Positions 1 to 9,301 of a DNA stretch of 64,000 nucleotides are shown piece after piece. Numbering within the stretch: the stretch's first letter is position 1; every line of letters starts with the position of its first letter. The notes under the pieces were generated by a model. That model was not told where the DNA came from, did no database searches, and saw nothing but the letters and a program-made list of their open reading frames with translations. A program made the position numbers and the translations under genes. The DNA is from an uncultured Candidatus Poseidoniales archaeon (lineage in GTDB: Archaea > Thermoplasmatota > Poseidoniia > Poseidoniales > Poseidoniaceae): NCBI GenBank assembly GCA_902605365.1, contig CACLCM010000003.1, positions 13,040-77,039 on the forward strand. Direction: 5' to 3'.

Positions 1-249
1 CCAACCACAGGCCTCTCTTTCTCAGATGTCCAGCAATTAATTGACGTTCTACTTCGACTAAGAACAACAGGACACTCAATCATTGTAATCGAACACCACC
101 TCGACGTGATAAAGTCCGCAGATTGGGTAGTCGACCTTGGTCCCGAAGGTGGAGATCGAGGTGGAAAGATTGTTGCGATTGGAACTCCTGAAGACGTTGC
201 AAAAGTCAAAGGTAGTTTCACCGGACAATTCCTAAAAGACATGCTGTGA
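1..249 (+). CDS. uvrA: UvrA (excinuclease ABC subunit A), C-terminal fragment; 5' end outside window
   Basis: Frame +1 reads [66 protein letters not shown], the Walker B/H-loop end of the second UvrA ABC module. TGA at 247-249. Confidence 0.85.
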   Translation, partial: PTTGLSFSDVQQLIDVLLRLRTTGHSIIVIEHHLDVIKSADWVVDLGPEGGDRGGKIVAIGTPEDVAKVKGSFTGQFLKDML

Positions 250-302
250 TTTTTGAAATCCAACAACTTTCCACGCCATTTCTAAGCGTAGTATTCATGG
301 AC

Positions 303-340
303 GGTAGTCTCTGCCGACCCACTGCCCCCATAGGGGGCAG
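303..340 (+). repeat. Intergenic copy of the GGTAG..CTG..GACCCACTGC core, ending in a perfect hairpin CTGCCCCC-ATA-GGGGGCAG (322-340)
   Basis: ACGGTAGTCTCTGCCGACCCACTGCCCCCATAGGGGGCAG aligns with the core of the island repeats (GGGTAGCGTCTGACAAGACCCACTGC). The 8-bp GC stem was read directly. Confidence 0.6.
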
Positions 341-3300
341 GTGTGCCAAGTGAACTCAAATATTGTCAGAGTAGAGACTACACCCAAACTTGGTGAAGGA
401 ATGAAAGATGTCCGAGGAGACTCGGTAAAGAGGCAACTGGTAGCCGACCACGGCATCGAGATTTCATCAGTCAGGTCGATTGTTGGTTTCCTAATCGCCA
501 GCGAAATAGATTCGACGCAGGTTGCTGAACGAGTAGACGATGTCTTTGCCGACCCAATTATCGAGGAAAGCTCCACAGACGAACTCCATTTGGATAATTC
601 AAATCTTTTTACAGAGTCCCCTGACATGGTTATCACAATCGGATTCAAACCGGGCGTAACCGATAATCCAGGTAAAGCGGCACTCGATGGTTTCCGTACA
701 ATTTTCCCAGATGCGGGGGATGAAGCCAGAGTCTCGACTTACATCACCTATGTATTCAATGGAGTTCCAGAAGGCACTGAAATTGAGTGGCTAGCAAAAC
801 AATTGCACAATGGGCTAATCGAAAGGGCACTTTTCTCCTCCAAGGGTGAAGAATATCCGAGAATTGAATATTCTCCAGTAGTTCCAAGCGACTATGCAAA
901 GCCCGCAACTATCGACCTTGAAATATCAGATGAAGAATTAATTAAGTTATCAGAAGAAGGACTTCTCGCTCTAAATTTAGAAGAGATGCAAACGATACAA
1001 GCCCACTACAGAGATCCTGCAATTCAAGCGGCAAGAGCAAAGGTAGGATTGCCCGTAAAAGCACCAACCGATGTTGAACTAGAATGTTTAGCTCAAACTT
1101 GGTCAGAGCACTGCAAGCACAAAATATTCGCCGCACACATTCATCACGTCGATACAGAAACTGGTGAAGATACCGAAATAGATTCATTGTTCAAGACCCA
1201 CATCATGAATCCTACTCTGGAGATGAAAGATGAAGTCGATTGGCTTCTATCGGTTTTCCATGACAACTCTGGCGTAATTGCCTGGGATGATGAATGGTCA
1301 CTCTGTATGAAGGCAGAGACTCACAATTCGCCAAGCGCATTAGACCCATATGGTGGAGCTATGACTGGAATAGTTGGTGTAAACCGAGATATTCTGGGTA
1401 CTGGTCTTGGGGCCAGGCCGATAGCAAATACCGATGTATTCTGTTTCGGACCGCCTGATTGGGAAGGCGACCTTCCTGACAACTTATTCCATCCATCTCG
1501 AGTTCTTAGAGGAGTTCACGCAGGAGTGAGAGTTGGAGGAAATGAAAGCGGTATTCCAACAGTTAACGGGGCCATCGTATTCGATGACCGCTATATCGGA
1601 AAGCCCCTGGTTTACTGCGGCACAATCGGAATAATGCCGCGTAGATTAGCCGACGGAAGAGAGTCACACGAAAAGAATCCACAAGCAGGAGACCGTGTCT
1701 ACATGGTAGGAGGAAGAGTTGGTTACGATGGAATACATGGAGCTACATTTTCATCTCTTGAATTGACAGAAGAATCTCCGTCCAGTGCAGTACAAATTGG
1801 CGACCCTATAACTCAGAAGAAGATGGTCGACATGATATTGGAAGCAAGGGATGCTGGATTGATTACTTGCATTACCGATAACGGAGCCGGAGGACTATCT
1901 TCCAGTATAGGTGAAATGGCAGAATACACCAATGGTTGTCAAATCGATCTAGGAAAGGTACCACTGAAACAAGAAGGACTTTCATCATGGGAAATCTTAG
2001 TTTCTGAATCTCAAGAAAGAATGACAGTTGCAGTCAAAGAGTCCGATGTACCAGCATTTGAAGCATTAGCAAACCTCCACGAAGTCGAAGCAACATGGGT
2101 GGCCGACTTTACTAACACGGGCCTTTTCCATGTTGTTCATGATGAAGATACAGTTGCGTCATTACCAATAGAATTCCTACACGACGGAGTTCCACAACTC
2201 CGCCTTGAAAGCGAATGGAAAAAACCAACCCATGTCGACTTCGAAGCACCAAGTGATGCAAAACACACCCCACTTCTTCTAAGGATGCTAGCCCGCCCTA
2301 ACATCGCTTCAAAAGAAACATGGGTTAGGCAATATGACCACGAAGTCATAGCGCAAACAGCAATCAAACCATTCGTAGGAGTTGAAAGAGACGGCCCTGG
2401 CGATGCGGGCCTTCTAGCACCAATCCACGGCTCTACACATGGTTTGGTAGTATCGAATGGAATTTCTCCTAGGTATAGCGACATAGACGCTGGTGCAATG
2501 GCAGCAGCAGCGGTAGATGAAGCGGTTAGGAATGCGGTATGTACAGGAGTGGACCTTACTAAGATTGCAGGGCTAGATAATTTCTGTTGGCCCGACCCTA
2601 TCGAGAGTGAGAAAACCCCAGACGGCCGATTTAAACTGGCACAATTAGTTCGTGCAAATCGAGAATTAGAACGCGTTTGTCGAGCATATTTCGTTCCATG
2701 TATTTCCGGTAAAGACTCTATGAAGAACGATTATGGTGGTGGAGAAAATAAGATTTCAATACCACCCACACTTCTATTTTCGCTATTTGGAAACCACCCG
2801 GATGTCCGCTATACAACAACATCAGACCTCAAGCCAGGAGAGAGCTTGTACCTCGTTGGAGAATCCAAACAAGAGTTAGGCGCCAGCGAAATCGCATTCA
2901 TGTTAAAGGAATCTGGAGAGGCGAATGGAATCGGGGGGCAAGTCCCGCAACTCCCTCATCCAGAAAAGAATCTAGAATCCTACAAGGCACTAACCAAAGC
3001 AATCCAATCTGGAATAGTTAGAACCGCCCACGATTGTAGCGAGGGCGGAGTTGCTGTGGCAGTAGCAGAGATGTGTATTGGTGGCCGCTGCGGCGCTGCA
3101 ATAGATGTCGATGGGCCTGGCGAAGCGGATCTTTGGGGAAGGCTTTGGGGTGAGTCTCTGGGGCGAATTATAGTCGGAGTAAAGCAACAACATAGGGCTG
3201 AATTCCTATCAATTATGAAAGGAAATCCACTAACCTATATGGGCGAAACAACCGATGGCGATGCAATGAGTATTTGGGACGGAGACGACCTAATCATTGA

Positions 3301-3367
3301 GGCAAATGTCGAGGAGATGCTTTCCGCATGGAAAGGAAGTTTGGATATGACGGGGGGTGACCAGTGA
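341..3367 (+). CDS. purL: FGAM synthase subunit PurL with an N-terminal PurS-like extension
   Basis: 1008-aa ORF. PurL hallmarks AETHNSPSALDPYGGAMTG and DNGAGGLSS are present. The first ~190 aa look like two PurS-like modules (IVRVETTPKLGEGMKDVRGDSV..; ITIGFKPGVTDNPG..). Start uncertain (GTG 341 vs ATG 401). Confidence 0.9.
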   Translation: MCQVNSNIVRVETTPKLGEGMKDVRGDSVKRQLVADHGIEISSVRSIVGFLIASEIDSTQVAERVDDVFADPIIEESSTDELHLDNSNLFTESPDMVITIGFKPGVTDNPGKAALDGFRTIFPDAGDEARVSTYITYVFNGVPEGTEIEWLAKQLHNGLIERALFSSKGEEYPRIEYSPVVPSDYAKPATIDLEISDEELIKLSEEGLLALNLEEMQTIQAHYRDPAIQAARAKVGLPVKAPTDVELECLAQTWSEHCKHKIFAAHIHHVDTETGEDTEIDSLFKTHIMNPTLEMKDEVDWLLSVFHDNSGVIAWDDEWSLCMKAETHNSPSALDPYGGAMTGIVGVNRDILGTGLGARPIANTDVFCFGPPDWEGDLPDNLFHPSRVLRGVHAGVRVGGNESGIPTVNGAIVFDDRYIGKPLVYCGTIGIMPRRLADGRESHEKNPQAGDRVYMVGGRVGYDGIHGATFSSLELTEESPSSAVQIGDPITQKKMVDMILEARDAGLITCITDNGAGGLSSSIGEMAEYTNGCQIDLGKVPLKQEGLSSWEILVSESQERMTVAVKESDVPAFEALANLHEVEATWVADFTNTGLFHVVHDEDTVASLPIEFLHDGVPQLRLESEWKKPTHVDFEAPSDAKHTPLLLRMLARPNIASKETWVRQYDHEVIAQTAIKPFVGVERDGPGDAGLLAPIHGSTHGLVVSNGISPRYSDIDAGAMAAAAVDEAVRNAVCTGVDLTKIAGLDNFCWPDPIESEKTPDGRFKLAQLVRANRELERVCRAYFVPCISGKDSMKNDYGGGENKISIPPTLLFSLFGNHPDVRYTTTSDLKPGESLYLVGESKQELGASEIAFMLKESGEANGIGGQVPQLPHPEKNLESYKALTKAIQSGIVRTAHDCSEGGVAVAVAEMCIGGRCGAAIDVDGPGEADLWGRLWGESLGRIIVGVKQQHRAEFLSIMKGNPLTYMGETTDGDAMSIWDGDDLIIEANVEEMLSAWKGSLDMTGGDQ

Positions 3368-4188
3368 TGGTTGACACCCCTAAGGTCGCTGTCCTATTCG
3401 GATTTGGAATTAATTGCGATAGAGAGACCGCCGCAGTATTCGAATTAGCAGGGGCTGTAAGTGAAAGAATTCACGTAAACCATTTTGTTAATGGAGAAAA
3501 GGACTTGTCAGAATACCATATTCTAGCGGTTCCAGGAGGGTTTTCTTTTGGCGACCATCTTGGTTCAGGAAGATTACTAGGTAATCGTATGAGGTTTGCA
3601 ATGAGAGAGCAACTAGCCGCATTCGTAGCAGCAGGCAAACCGATCATAGGGATATGCAACGGTTTCCAAGTATTGGTTAAAACAGGACTATTGCCTGGTA
3701 AAGAGGTTCCAGATTTTGAGCAAAGAGCGAGCCTTACTCTAAACAATAGTGGGCGCTATGAGGACAGATGGGTGACTTTAGAGTTCGACCCAGAAAGCCC
3801 ATGCATCTGGACCAAAGGAATTACCCGAATTGAATGCCCAGTAAGGCACGGCGAGGGAAGGTATGTGATGCCATCATCCAGTGATTTGGATGAATTAGAT
3901 TCTAACAATCAGATTGTAACAAGATATGTTGACCCGTCCACAGAAGTTGGTAAAGGGATAACAGATGAAACGCTTCCATTCCCATTATGTCCTAATGGAA
4001 GTATTCGAAACATAGCTGGAATTTGCGACCCCACAGGACTAGTATTCGGCCTCATGCCGCACCCAGAAGCAGCATATGCGACCTTCTTACATCCTCATCA
4101 TACACGTAGCGATATTAACGAGGAAATATTAGCAGAAGGGATGCAAATCTTCCGTAATGCAGTAGAATACGCTCAAGCAAACCTTTGA
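3364..4188 (+). CDS. purQ: FGAM synthase glutamine amidotransferase subunit PurQ
   Basis: GICNGFQ nucleophile-Cys motif and MPHPE His motif. TGATG stop/start overlap with purL (ATG at 3367). Confidence 0.9.
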   Translation: MMVDTPKVAVLFGFGINCDRETAAVFELAGAVSERIHVNHFVNGEKDLSEYHILAVPGGFSFGDHLGSGRLLGNRMRFAMREQLAAFVAAGKPIIGICNGFQVLVKTGLLPGKEVPDFEQRASLTLNNSGRYEDRWVTLEFDPESPCIWTKGITRIECPVRHGEGRYVMPSSSDLDELDSNNQIVTRYVDPSTEVGKGITDETLPFPLCPNGSIRNIAGICDPTGLVFGLMPHPEAAYATFLHPHHTRSDINEEILAEGMQIFRNAVEYAQANL

Positions 4189-4212
4189 GAACAAACCTCC
4201 TATCCTTAGGAT

Positions 4213-4950
4213 ATGGCGAGTAAAAAGCTGTACATGGAGAGTATCGAAGCAGGATACTTGCGAGACTTTTCTGCAGAAGTCGTCGCTGTTGAGGAAAACG
4301 CAGTAACTCTAGACCAGACTCTCTTCTACCCAATAGGCGGCGGCCAAAATTGGGACACCGGGACCATTTCTTGGGATAGTGGCAAAGTCACAGTAACAGA
4401 AGTTCGTGGAAGAGGTGACGTTCAACACTTTGTTGGAGAAGATCATGGAATAGAAGTTGGAGATGCTGTAGAAGGCTCAATCGACTGGGACAGGCGCCAT
4501 GCTCACATGCGTATGCATACGGCGCAACACCTTGTTAGTGGGCTGGTTTACGAGATGTATGATGGAGCAAGAACCGTTGGCAATCAGATCAATACAAATC
4601 GCTCCCGTATCGATTTTAACCCTATCAAATTTACAGATGAAATGATTGAAGATTTATTCCACCGAGCTAACGAAATTACCGAATCAGATCTACCAGTAAC
4701 CGATTGCATAATGACTAGAGAGGAAATCAATGCAATAATGCCACCAGATAGGACTAACATGAGTTTACTACCAATATCGGTCAAGCAATTACGAGTTGTC
4801 AGAATAGGCGACAACATGGACTTATGTCCATGCGCAGGCACCCATGTAAGGGCACTTGGAGAGGTAGGAACTCTCGAATTTATAGGACGTAAAAATAAGG
4901 GCAAGGGCACAACTCGAGTAAGTTACACTCTTGATGGCTGTGAGAGTTGA
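4213..4950 (+). CDS. alaX: Alanyl-tRNA editing protein AlaX
   Basis: 245 aa with HTAQHL and CPCAGTHV zinc-binding editing-domain motifs. Confidence 0.85.
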   Translation: MASKKLYMESIEAGYLRDFSAEVVAVEENAVTLDQTLFYPIGGGQNWDTGTISWDSGKVTVTEVRGRGDVQHFVGEDHGIEVGDAVEGSIDWDRRHAHMRMHTAQHLVSGLVYEMYDGARTVGNQINTNRSRIDFNPIKFTDEMIEDLFHRANEITESDLPVTDCIMTREEINAIMPPDRTNMSLLPISVKQLRVVRIGDNMDLCPCAGTHVRALGEVGTLEFIGRKNKGKGTTRVSYTLDGCES

Positions 4951-5012
4951 AACCATAGTAAATCAAGATAAGCCTTTTGAGAAGCATAAACACTAAACAC
5001 TTCTCGTGAGAC

Positions 5013-5552
5013 CTATAAGTCTAAATCATCATCTAGTAATTTAGAAACTTCAGATTGAGCATCTTCCCATTCTGCACGATCTCTTTCTCTCTGTGCAATA
5101 GCAGCAGCCTCCACCACTTCTTTCAGCGGTTCAGGAGCCTTTGATGCCACCTTTCCAGCCTCGATTCTATCGGTGATTTTTCGGTCTTCTCCCAAACGGT
5201 CAGAACGGTCCACTACGTTGATGGGGCGACTAGGAATTGTACGTGCACCATCGTGCCTATCTTCAGCCTCTAAACTCGCAACCATGTGGTTCAAGATTTC
5301 TTCAGTTGGCAACTCATCTTTCCATTTATTTTGGTTACCAACCTCTTGCACGACATTCATCTTGTTTCTTCTTTTGACTACCACTTCAACATTACCAAGA
5401 ATCTCTCTAACTCTTTCAATGCTAATTTTCTTAACTTTAGCAATTTTTTCAGGAGGGATCCCGGTCTCATGAAGGAATAGGATATCTTTGGCTTCAGTCC
5501 ATTCTTCCTCGTTCATAGAAACCCTCCAGATTGTTTGTTGAATACAGGCCAT
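5013..5552 (-). CDS. Hypothetical protein with a possible N-terminal helix-turn-helix
   Basis: 179-aa ORF. GIPPEKIAKVKKISIERVREILG resembles a sigma-r4/HTH segment. The C-terminal half is acidic. Confidence 0.5.
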   Translation of the reverse strand: MACIQQTIWRVSMNEEEWTEAKDILFLHETGIPPEKIAKVKKISIERVREILGNVEVVVKRRNKMNVVQEVGNQNKWKDELPTEEILNHMVASLEAEDRHDGARTIPSRPINVVDRSDRLGEDRKITDRIEAGKVASKAPEPLKEVVEAAAIAQRERDRAEWEDAQSEVSKLLDDDLDL

Positions 5553-5639
5553 TATGACTCCTGTACTTGCATCTTGTCCGGTCTGAGATTAGAAGCCTTC
5601 CACGCGAGGCTTCAAAGCCCACCGTGGTGACAAAGGAAC

Positions 5640-6548
5640 ATGGCGAGGGACCCTCGGGCTGACATACTGGAGGACGACTTGTTCCCCAAGCCCACTAGGA
5701 GAATCCATCGTGTTCATGCTCAACAGAGCAATGATGGAACTATCCACTTCGATATGAATAAAGGAATATTCGGAATTAACAACCGACAACCTGTTCAATT
5801 ACACAAAGGCAAAATTTGGCATTTTAGTAAAGAAGAGAGACATCACCTTCTACTCGCTACAGCGGCTTTTACTCTCGCTTTAGGCCTAATGCGGGTCAAC
5901 GGATTATTTGGCGTCAGCCAATTTGGTAGTTCAGGAGAATGGTTTGCCTTCCTTTTACTATCGATGCCAGTTATGCTATTAGCAGTTGGTCCAGCCTTTA
6001 TTCTTCATGAAATAGGGCACAAAATAATTGCAAAAAAATATGGATGCTGGGCTGAATTTAGAGCAGACCCCGGCGGTTTGAAATTTGGAGTAGGACTTGC
6101 AGCGATTCTTGGAATCGTATTCATGGCCCCTGGCGCAGTAATGGTGGCTGGGTTAGTAACAAGAAGACAGAATGGCCATATTGCAATCGCAGGTCCAGCG
6201 GTTAATTTCGGCCTGTTCCTAATAGGAATACCAATCGGAGGAATAATCCTTGGCTTGACTAATTCAGAGGCTTTTGCAGCCCCTCTTGGAACGTATTTAG
6301 TCGATGGGGGAATTGATCTGAAAGCTATGGCTGGAGGAATTGTATGGTGGTGGCTAGCAGCCAACTTAGGGTTGGGATTCTTCAATATGATTCCATTAGG
6401 TCCACTAGATGGTGCTAAAATCAAAGATTGGAGCGAATCTGTCTGGCTTGCGGCCTTTGCAACATTCCTCGTTTTGATAGCACTGTGGTGGACTGGAACC
6501 TTCAGTCCAATCGACGATATAGCAATCAAGATAGCAGAACTATTCTGA
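5640..6548 (+). CDS. M50 (site-2 protease-like) membrane metalloprotease
   Basis: HEIGHK zinc motif and NMIPLGPLDG second motif, with several hydrophobic helices. Start uncertain (possibly ATG near 5754). Confidence 0.75.
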   Translation: MARDPRADILEDDLFPKPTRRIHRVHAQQSNDGTIHFDMNKGIFGINNRQPVQLHKGKIWHFSKEERHHLLLATAAFTLALGLMRVNGLFGVSQFGSSGEWFAFLLLSMPVMLLAVGPAFILHEIGHKIIAKKYGCWAEFRADPGGLKFGVGLAAILGIVFMAPGAVMVAGLVTRRQNGHIAIAGPAVNFGLFLIGIPIGGIILGLTNSEAFAAPLGTYLVDGGIDLKAMAGGIVWWWLAANLGLGFFNMIPLGPLDGAKIKDWSESVWLAAFATFLVLIALWWTGTFSPIDDIAIKIAELF

Positions 6549-8309
6549 ATCTTCCAAGTAAGCATTCCTTACTGGATTTTCATCTAAGTGGAAGAAAGAG
6601 TAAGTGGCCCACCAAGTGATTGTGTCAAGTGCATCAACAAGATTACTTGTTCCACTCTGCTCTTCACCGTAGTCCTTTCCAGTTGTATCCATCCAATCAA
6701 TCATCTCATCGACAGTATCACACGTTTGGTGATAGCACCAATATCCATCTACTAATCCACCGAATCCCATGGTTACGGTGCCAATATTATCTTGGAAACT
6801 GGCGTGGTCAGAGCGAGCGGTAGTGTCTTCATAGACAATAATCTCAGGCCTATCTTTAGCCAACCAATCATCAACCTTCCAAGTATCTGCCGAGTATCCT
6901 TCACCCACTAGTGTGGACATTTGATCTTCCACGCCAATAGCATCAGAACCAATCCAAAGCGCTAGATTGACCATTCCTGGTTGGTTCATGACATCATGGT
7001 CAATACTCGGGCCGATGTATACTCGCATCGGCCAAACCTCGTCATCTTTCGGATAACCATCAGGGTCAATTTCAGGGTCAGGGTCACAGTTTGGCTCTCC
7101 TCCCCCGTGGTTGTTACCACAAGGTGCTCCGCCACCACCTGGCCAGTTCACTCCAGCCATGTCCAAATTGACGTAGTTGGTGACCTCGACGTTAGGATTG
7201 TCTTCCTTGACCCACTCTTCAGTCCAGTAATCACTACCTCGCTTACCGCCTTCTTCGCCTGACCAAAGGCAGAATACCATTGTATTACGAGTACTATACC
7301 CGGCCATTGCTTCAGCTACGGTCAGAACCATACTTGTCCCCGCTGTGTTATCATAAGCGCCTACGCGTGTGCCGTAAGTCCTCTCTCCAGTCAGGTGAGG
7401 GGAAACCATTCCTAAATTTGCAGGAGGGGCAATATCAAAGTGAGCTCCGAAAACCATCCACTTGTCAGGGTTGACTTCTCCGAATCTGTAACCACATATG
7501 TTGTAGGCTTCTGGATTTTGTTGACCAGTGTTGATAGAATCGTAAACAAATCTTTGATTGATTACTTCGAGTCCAAAACTATCCAAAGTTTGGATTAGGT
7601 ACTGTGCACCGTCTTCGTAAGCAGCATTGCCTTGGCCGGCCCAACGGTCGAGATAACCATTAGCTCCATCAGCAAGGTCCGTTGGGTCTGGTGATTCGTC
7701 AGATATGTAAGAAAGATAGTTGAAAGTAGTTCTACCATCTACAACACCAGTTGAATGTCTACCACCATCTGATTCTGAATATGCGGGCTTATACGGCCTA
7801 TCGATTGCTAATCGAATTGCTAGAACGTCCCCTCCATTATCATTTGAAGCCTGAACCGCATCTAAAGAAGTGTTAGACGAAATTCGTGAAACTCCTTGAT
7901 TATCAGAACTTGAATAGCCCCCTCTATCAAACCATGTTCTCCACGATTCAGTAAGTTCGCGAATTGGCCAGTCATCCCTGCCATAGCCTCCGATTAGTAC
8001 TACTGCCGTATCGGTTCTTGGAGGCGCTAAAACAGTCAACTGTGTTGATTTACCTGCTTTGAGATCTATTATTGTTGAATTCTGAACAAACCCATTTTCA
8101 GGATTCATAATGAGGTAAGGGACAAACGCAGTCAAATCGGATTCTGCAGTAATTGTAACTCCTTGAAAAACACCCCCGGTAAGTACACTGGGAGTAATTG
8201 TAACATCGTTACCTGTTAGAGGCGAATCAACATCTTCGCCAAAGCAACCACTCAAAGGCGCTAAGCAAAACAATAGGGCAAGAAACCCTGCAGTTATTGT
8301 GCGCTGCAT
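6540..8309 (-). CDS. Secreted M28-family aminopeptidase lipoprotein (paralog 1)
   Basis: Signal peptide plus lipobox LAPLSGCFGED. M28 motifs FGAHFDIAPP, GAYDNTAGTSMVL, WSGEEGGKRGS, NLDMAG, RSDHASF. ATG at 8309 preferred over the TTG at 8327. Confidence 0.85.
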   Translation of the reverse strand: MQRTITAGFLALLFCLAPLSGCFGEDVDSPLTGNDVTITPSVLTGGVFQGVTITAESDLTAFVPYLIMNPENGFVQNSTIIDLKAGKSTQLTVLAPPRTDTAVVLIGGYGRDDWPIRELTESWRTWFDRGGYSSSDNQGVSRISSNTSLDAVQASNDNGGDVLAIRLAIDRPYKPAYSESDGGRHSTGVVDGRTTFNYLSYISDESPDPTDLADGANGYLDRWAGQGNAAYEDGAQYLIQTLDSFGLEVINQRFVYDSINTGQQNPEAYNICGYRFGEVNPDKWMVFGAHFDIAPPANLGMVSPHLTGERTYGTRVGAYDNTAGTSMVLTVAEAMAGYSTRNTMVFCLWSGEEGGKRGSDYWTEEWVKEDNPNVEVTNYVNLDMAGVNWPGGGGAPCGNNHGGGEPNCDPDPEIDPDGYPKDDEVWPMRVYIGPSIDHDVMNQPGMVNLALWIGSDAIGVEDQMSTLVGEGYSADTWKVDDWLAKDRPEIIVYEDTTARSDHASFQDNIGTVTMGFGGLVDGYWCYHQTCDTVDEMIDWMDTTGKDYGEEQSGTSNLVDALDTITWWATYSFFHLDENPVRNAYLEDSE

Positions 8310-8558
8310 GCACCTCCGTGTGCGCAACCCCTTCTCAATGCTGCGATTATTTGTTGAGACAGGGAAACAAAGGTTTCATAATCTTCTAAGTCCAATTATT
8401 ACATGAGAATAATGGTAATGACTGCGCCACTGATACACGAATTGCTCAGGAAAAGACGTTGTTCGAAAGGAGCATGTAGACCGAAGAGGACAAAATACCT
8501 CTGGGCTAAGATGGTTCGTTCAGAACAAGACGAAAACACCCCTGTAATCGAAGGATGA

Positions 8559-9239
8559 TTATTCATTCCTCAATTCTTGATTAATCATATAGAATTGACC
8601 ACCTAATATCCCAACTAGGGCGATTGTAAAGAAATTCGGCCACGGAAAACCATCTTCTCCGGCTGTTAAAGATAGAATTCCAACCATTATGAGGACGTAG
8701 CCAAGCCCTGCACAAACTAGCGGAATTAACGATGTGTGCCATCGATAATTATAGGCGCGATAAGCCATTTTCATACTTATTTCGAGACTATCTGATTCCA
8801 TCATGTGAAGCATCACTCTAAACGCCACGTTGATTATTTGAGAAATAACAGCAACAATTGTCAAAATCATGAAAAGAATTCCAGTAATTGCAAGAATAGA
8901 ACCCTCGCCTTCGCCCAAAAATGTGAACCAACCAATACTCTCTCCGTATCCGAATAGTGAAATTCTCATTCCGAAAGGAGTGATTTCCAAAAACCCTCCA
9001 ATCGTAATCCAGCTTACGAATAGCCCGATTATCAACATTAAAGCACCAGCGCCATGCAACGCGTGAGATAATGCTACAATCCCACTCATAGGCTCAGAAT
9101 CCGATTTTGCCTTGACCTTCGCTTTGGGCTCTTCACCCCACTCGAATTCTTCTTCACAATGTGGACACTCAAATTCTCCGTAAGCATCGTCATCGAGTTC
9201 GATTTCCTCTTCACAATGAGGACATAGTATTTCGACCAT
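8559..9239 (-). CDS. Zinc-ribbon protein with a polytopic membrane domain
   Basis: N-terminus CPHCEEEIELDDDAYGEFECPHCEEEFEW (two CxxC pairs), followed by ~5 hydrophobic helices. Confidence 0.6.
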   Translation of the reverse strand: MVEILCPHCEEEIELDDDAYGEFECPHCEEEFEWGEEPKAKVKAKSDSEPMSGIVALSHALHGAGALMLIIGLFVSWITIGGFLEITPFGMRISLFGYGESIGWFTFLGEGEGSILAITGILFMILTIVAVISQIINVAFRVMLHMMESDSLEISMKMAYRAYNYRWHTSLIPLVCAGLGYVLIMVGILSLTAGEDGFPWPNFFTIALVGILGGQFYMINQELRNE

Positions 9240-9301
9240 AGTGGAAACATTAGCGAATTAAAGATAAACATTCGCCCGTCAATCAAGCCACGAAATCCAT
9301 T

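Noticed and set aside
295-648. 117-aa minus-strand ORF overlapping the purL 5' region, and similar antisense ORFs (e.g. 2137-2484, 6005-6565, 25833-26246, 56585-57232, 59476-59859)
   Set aside because: All lie entirely within longer ORFs on the opposite strand that carry clear family motifs. Their compositions are typical of shadow frames.
4974-5005. Hairpin GAGAAG..CTTCTC after a T-run between convergent alaX and the 179-aa gene, as a terminator
   Set aside because: It has only a 6-bp AT-rich stem and a 15-nt loop, which is too weak to call from sequence alone.
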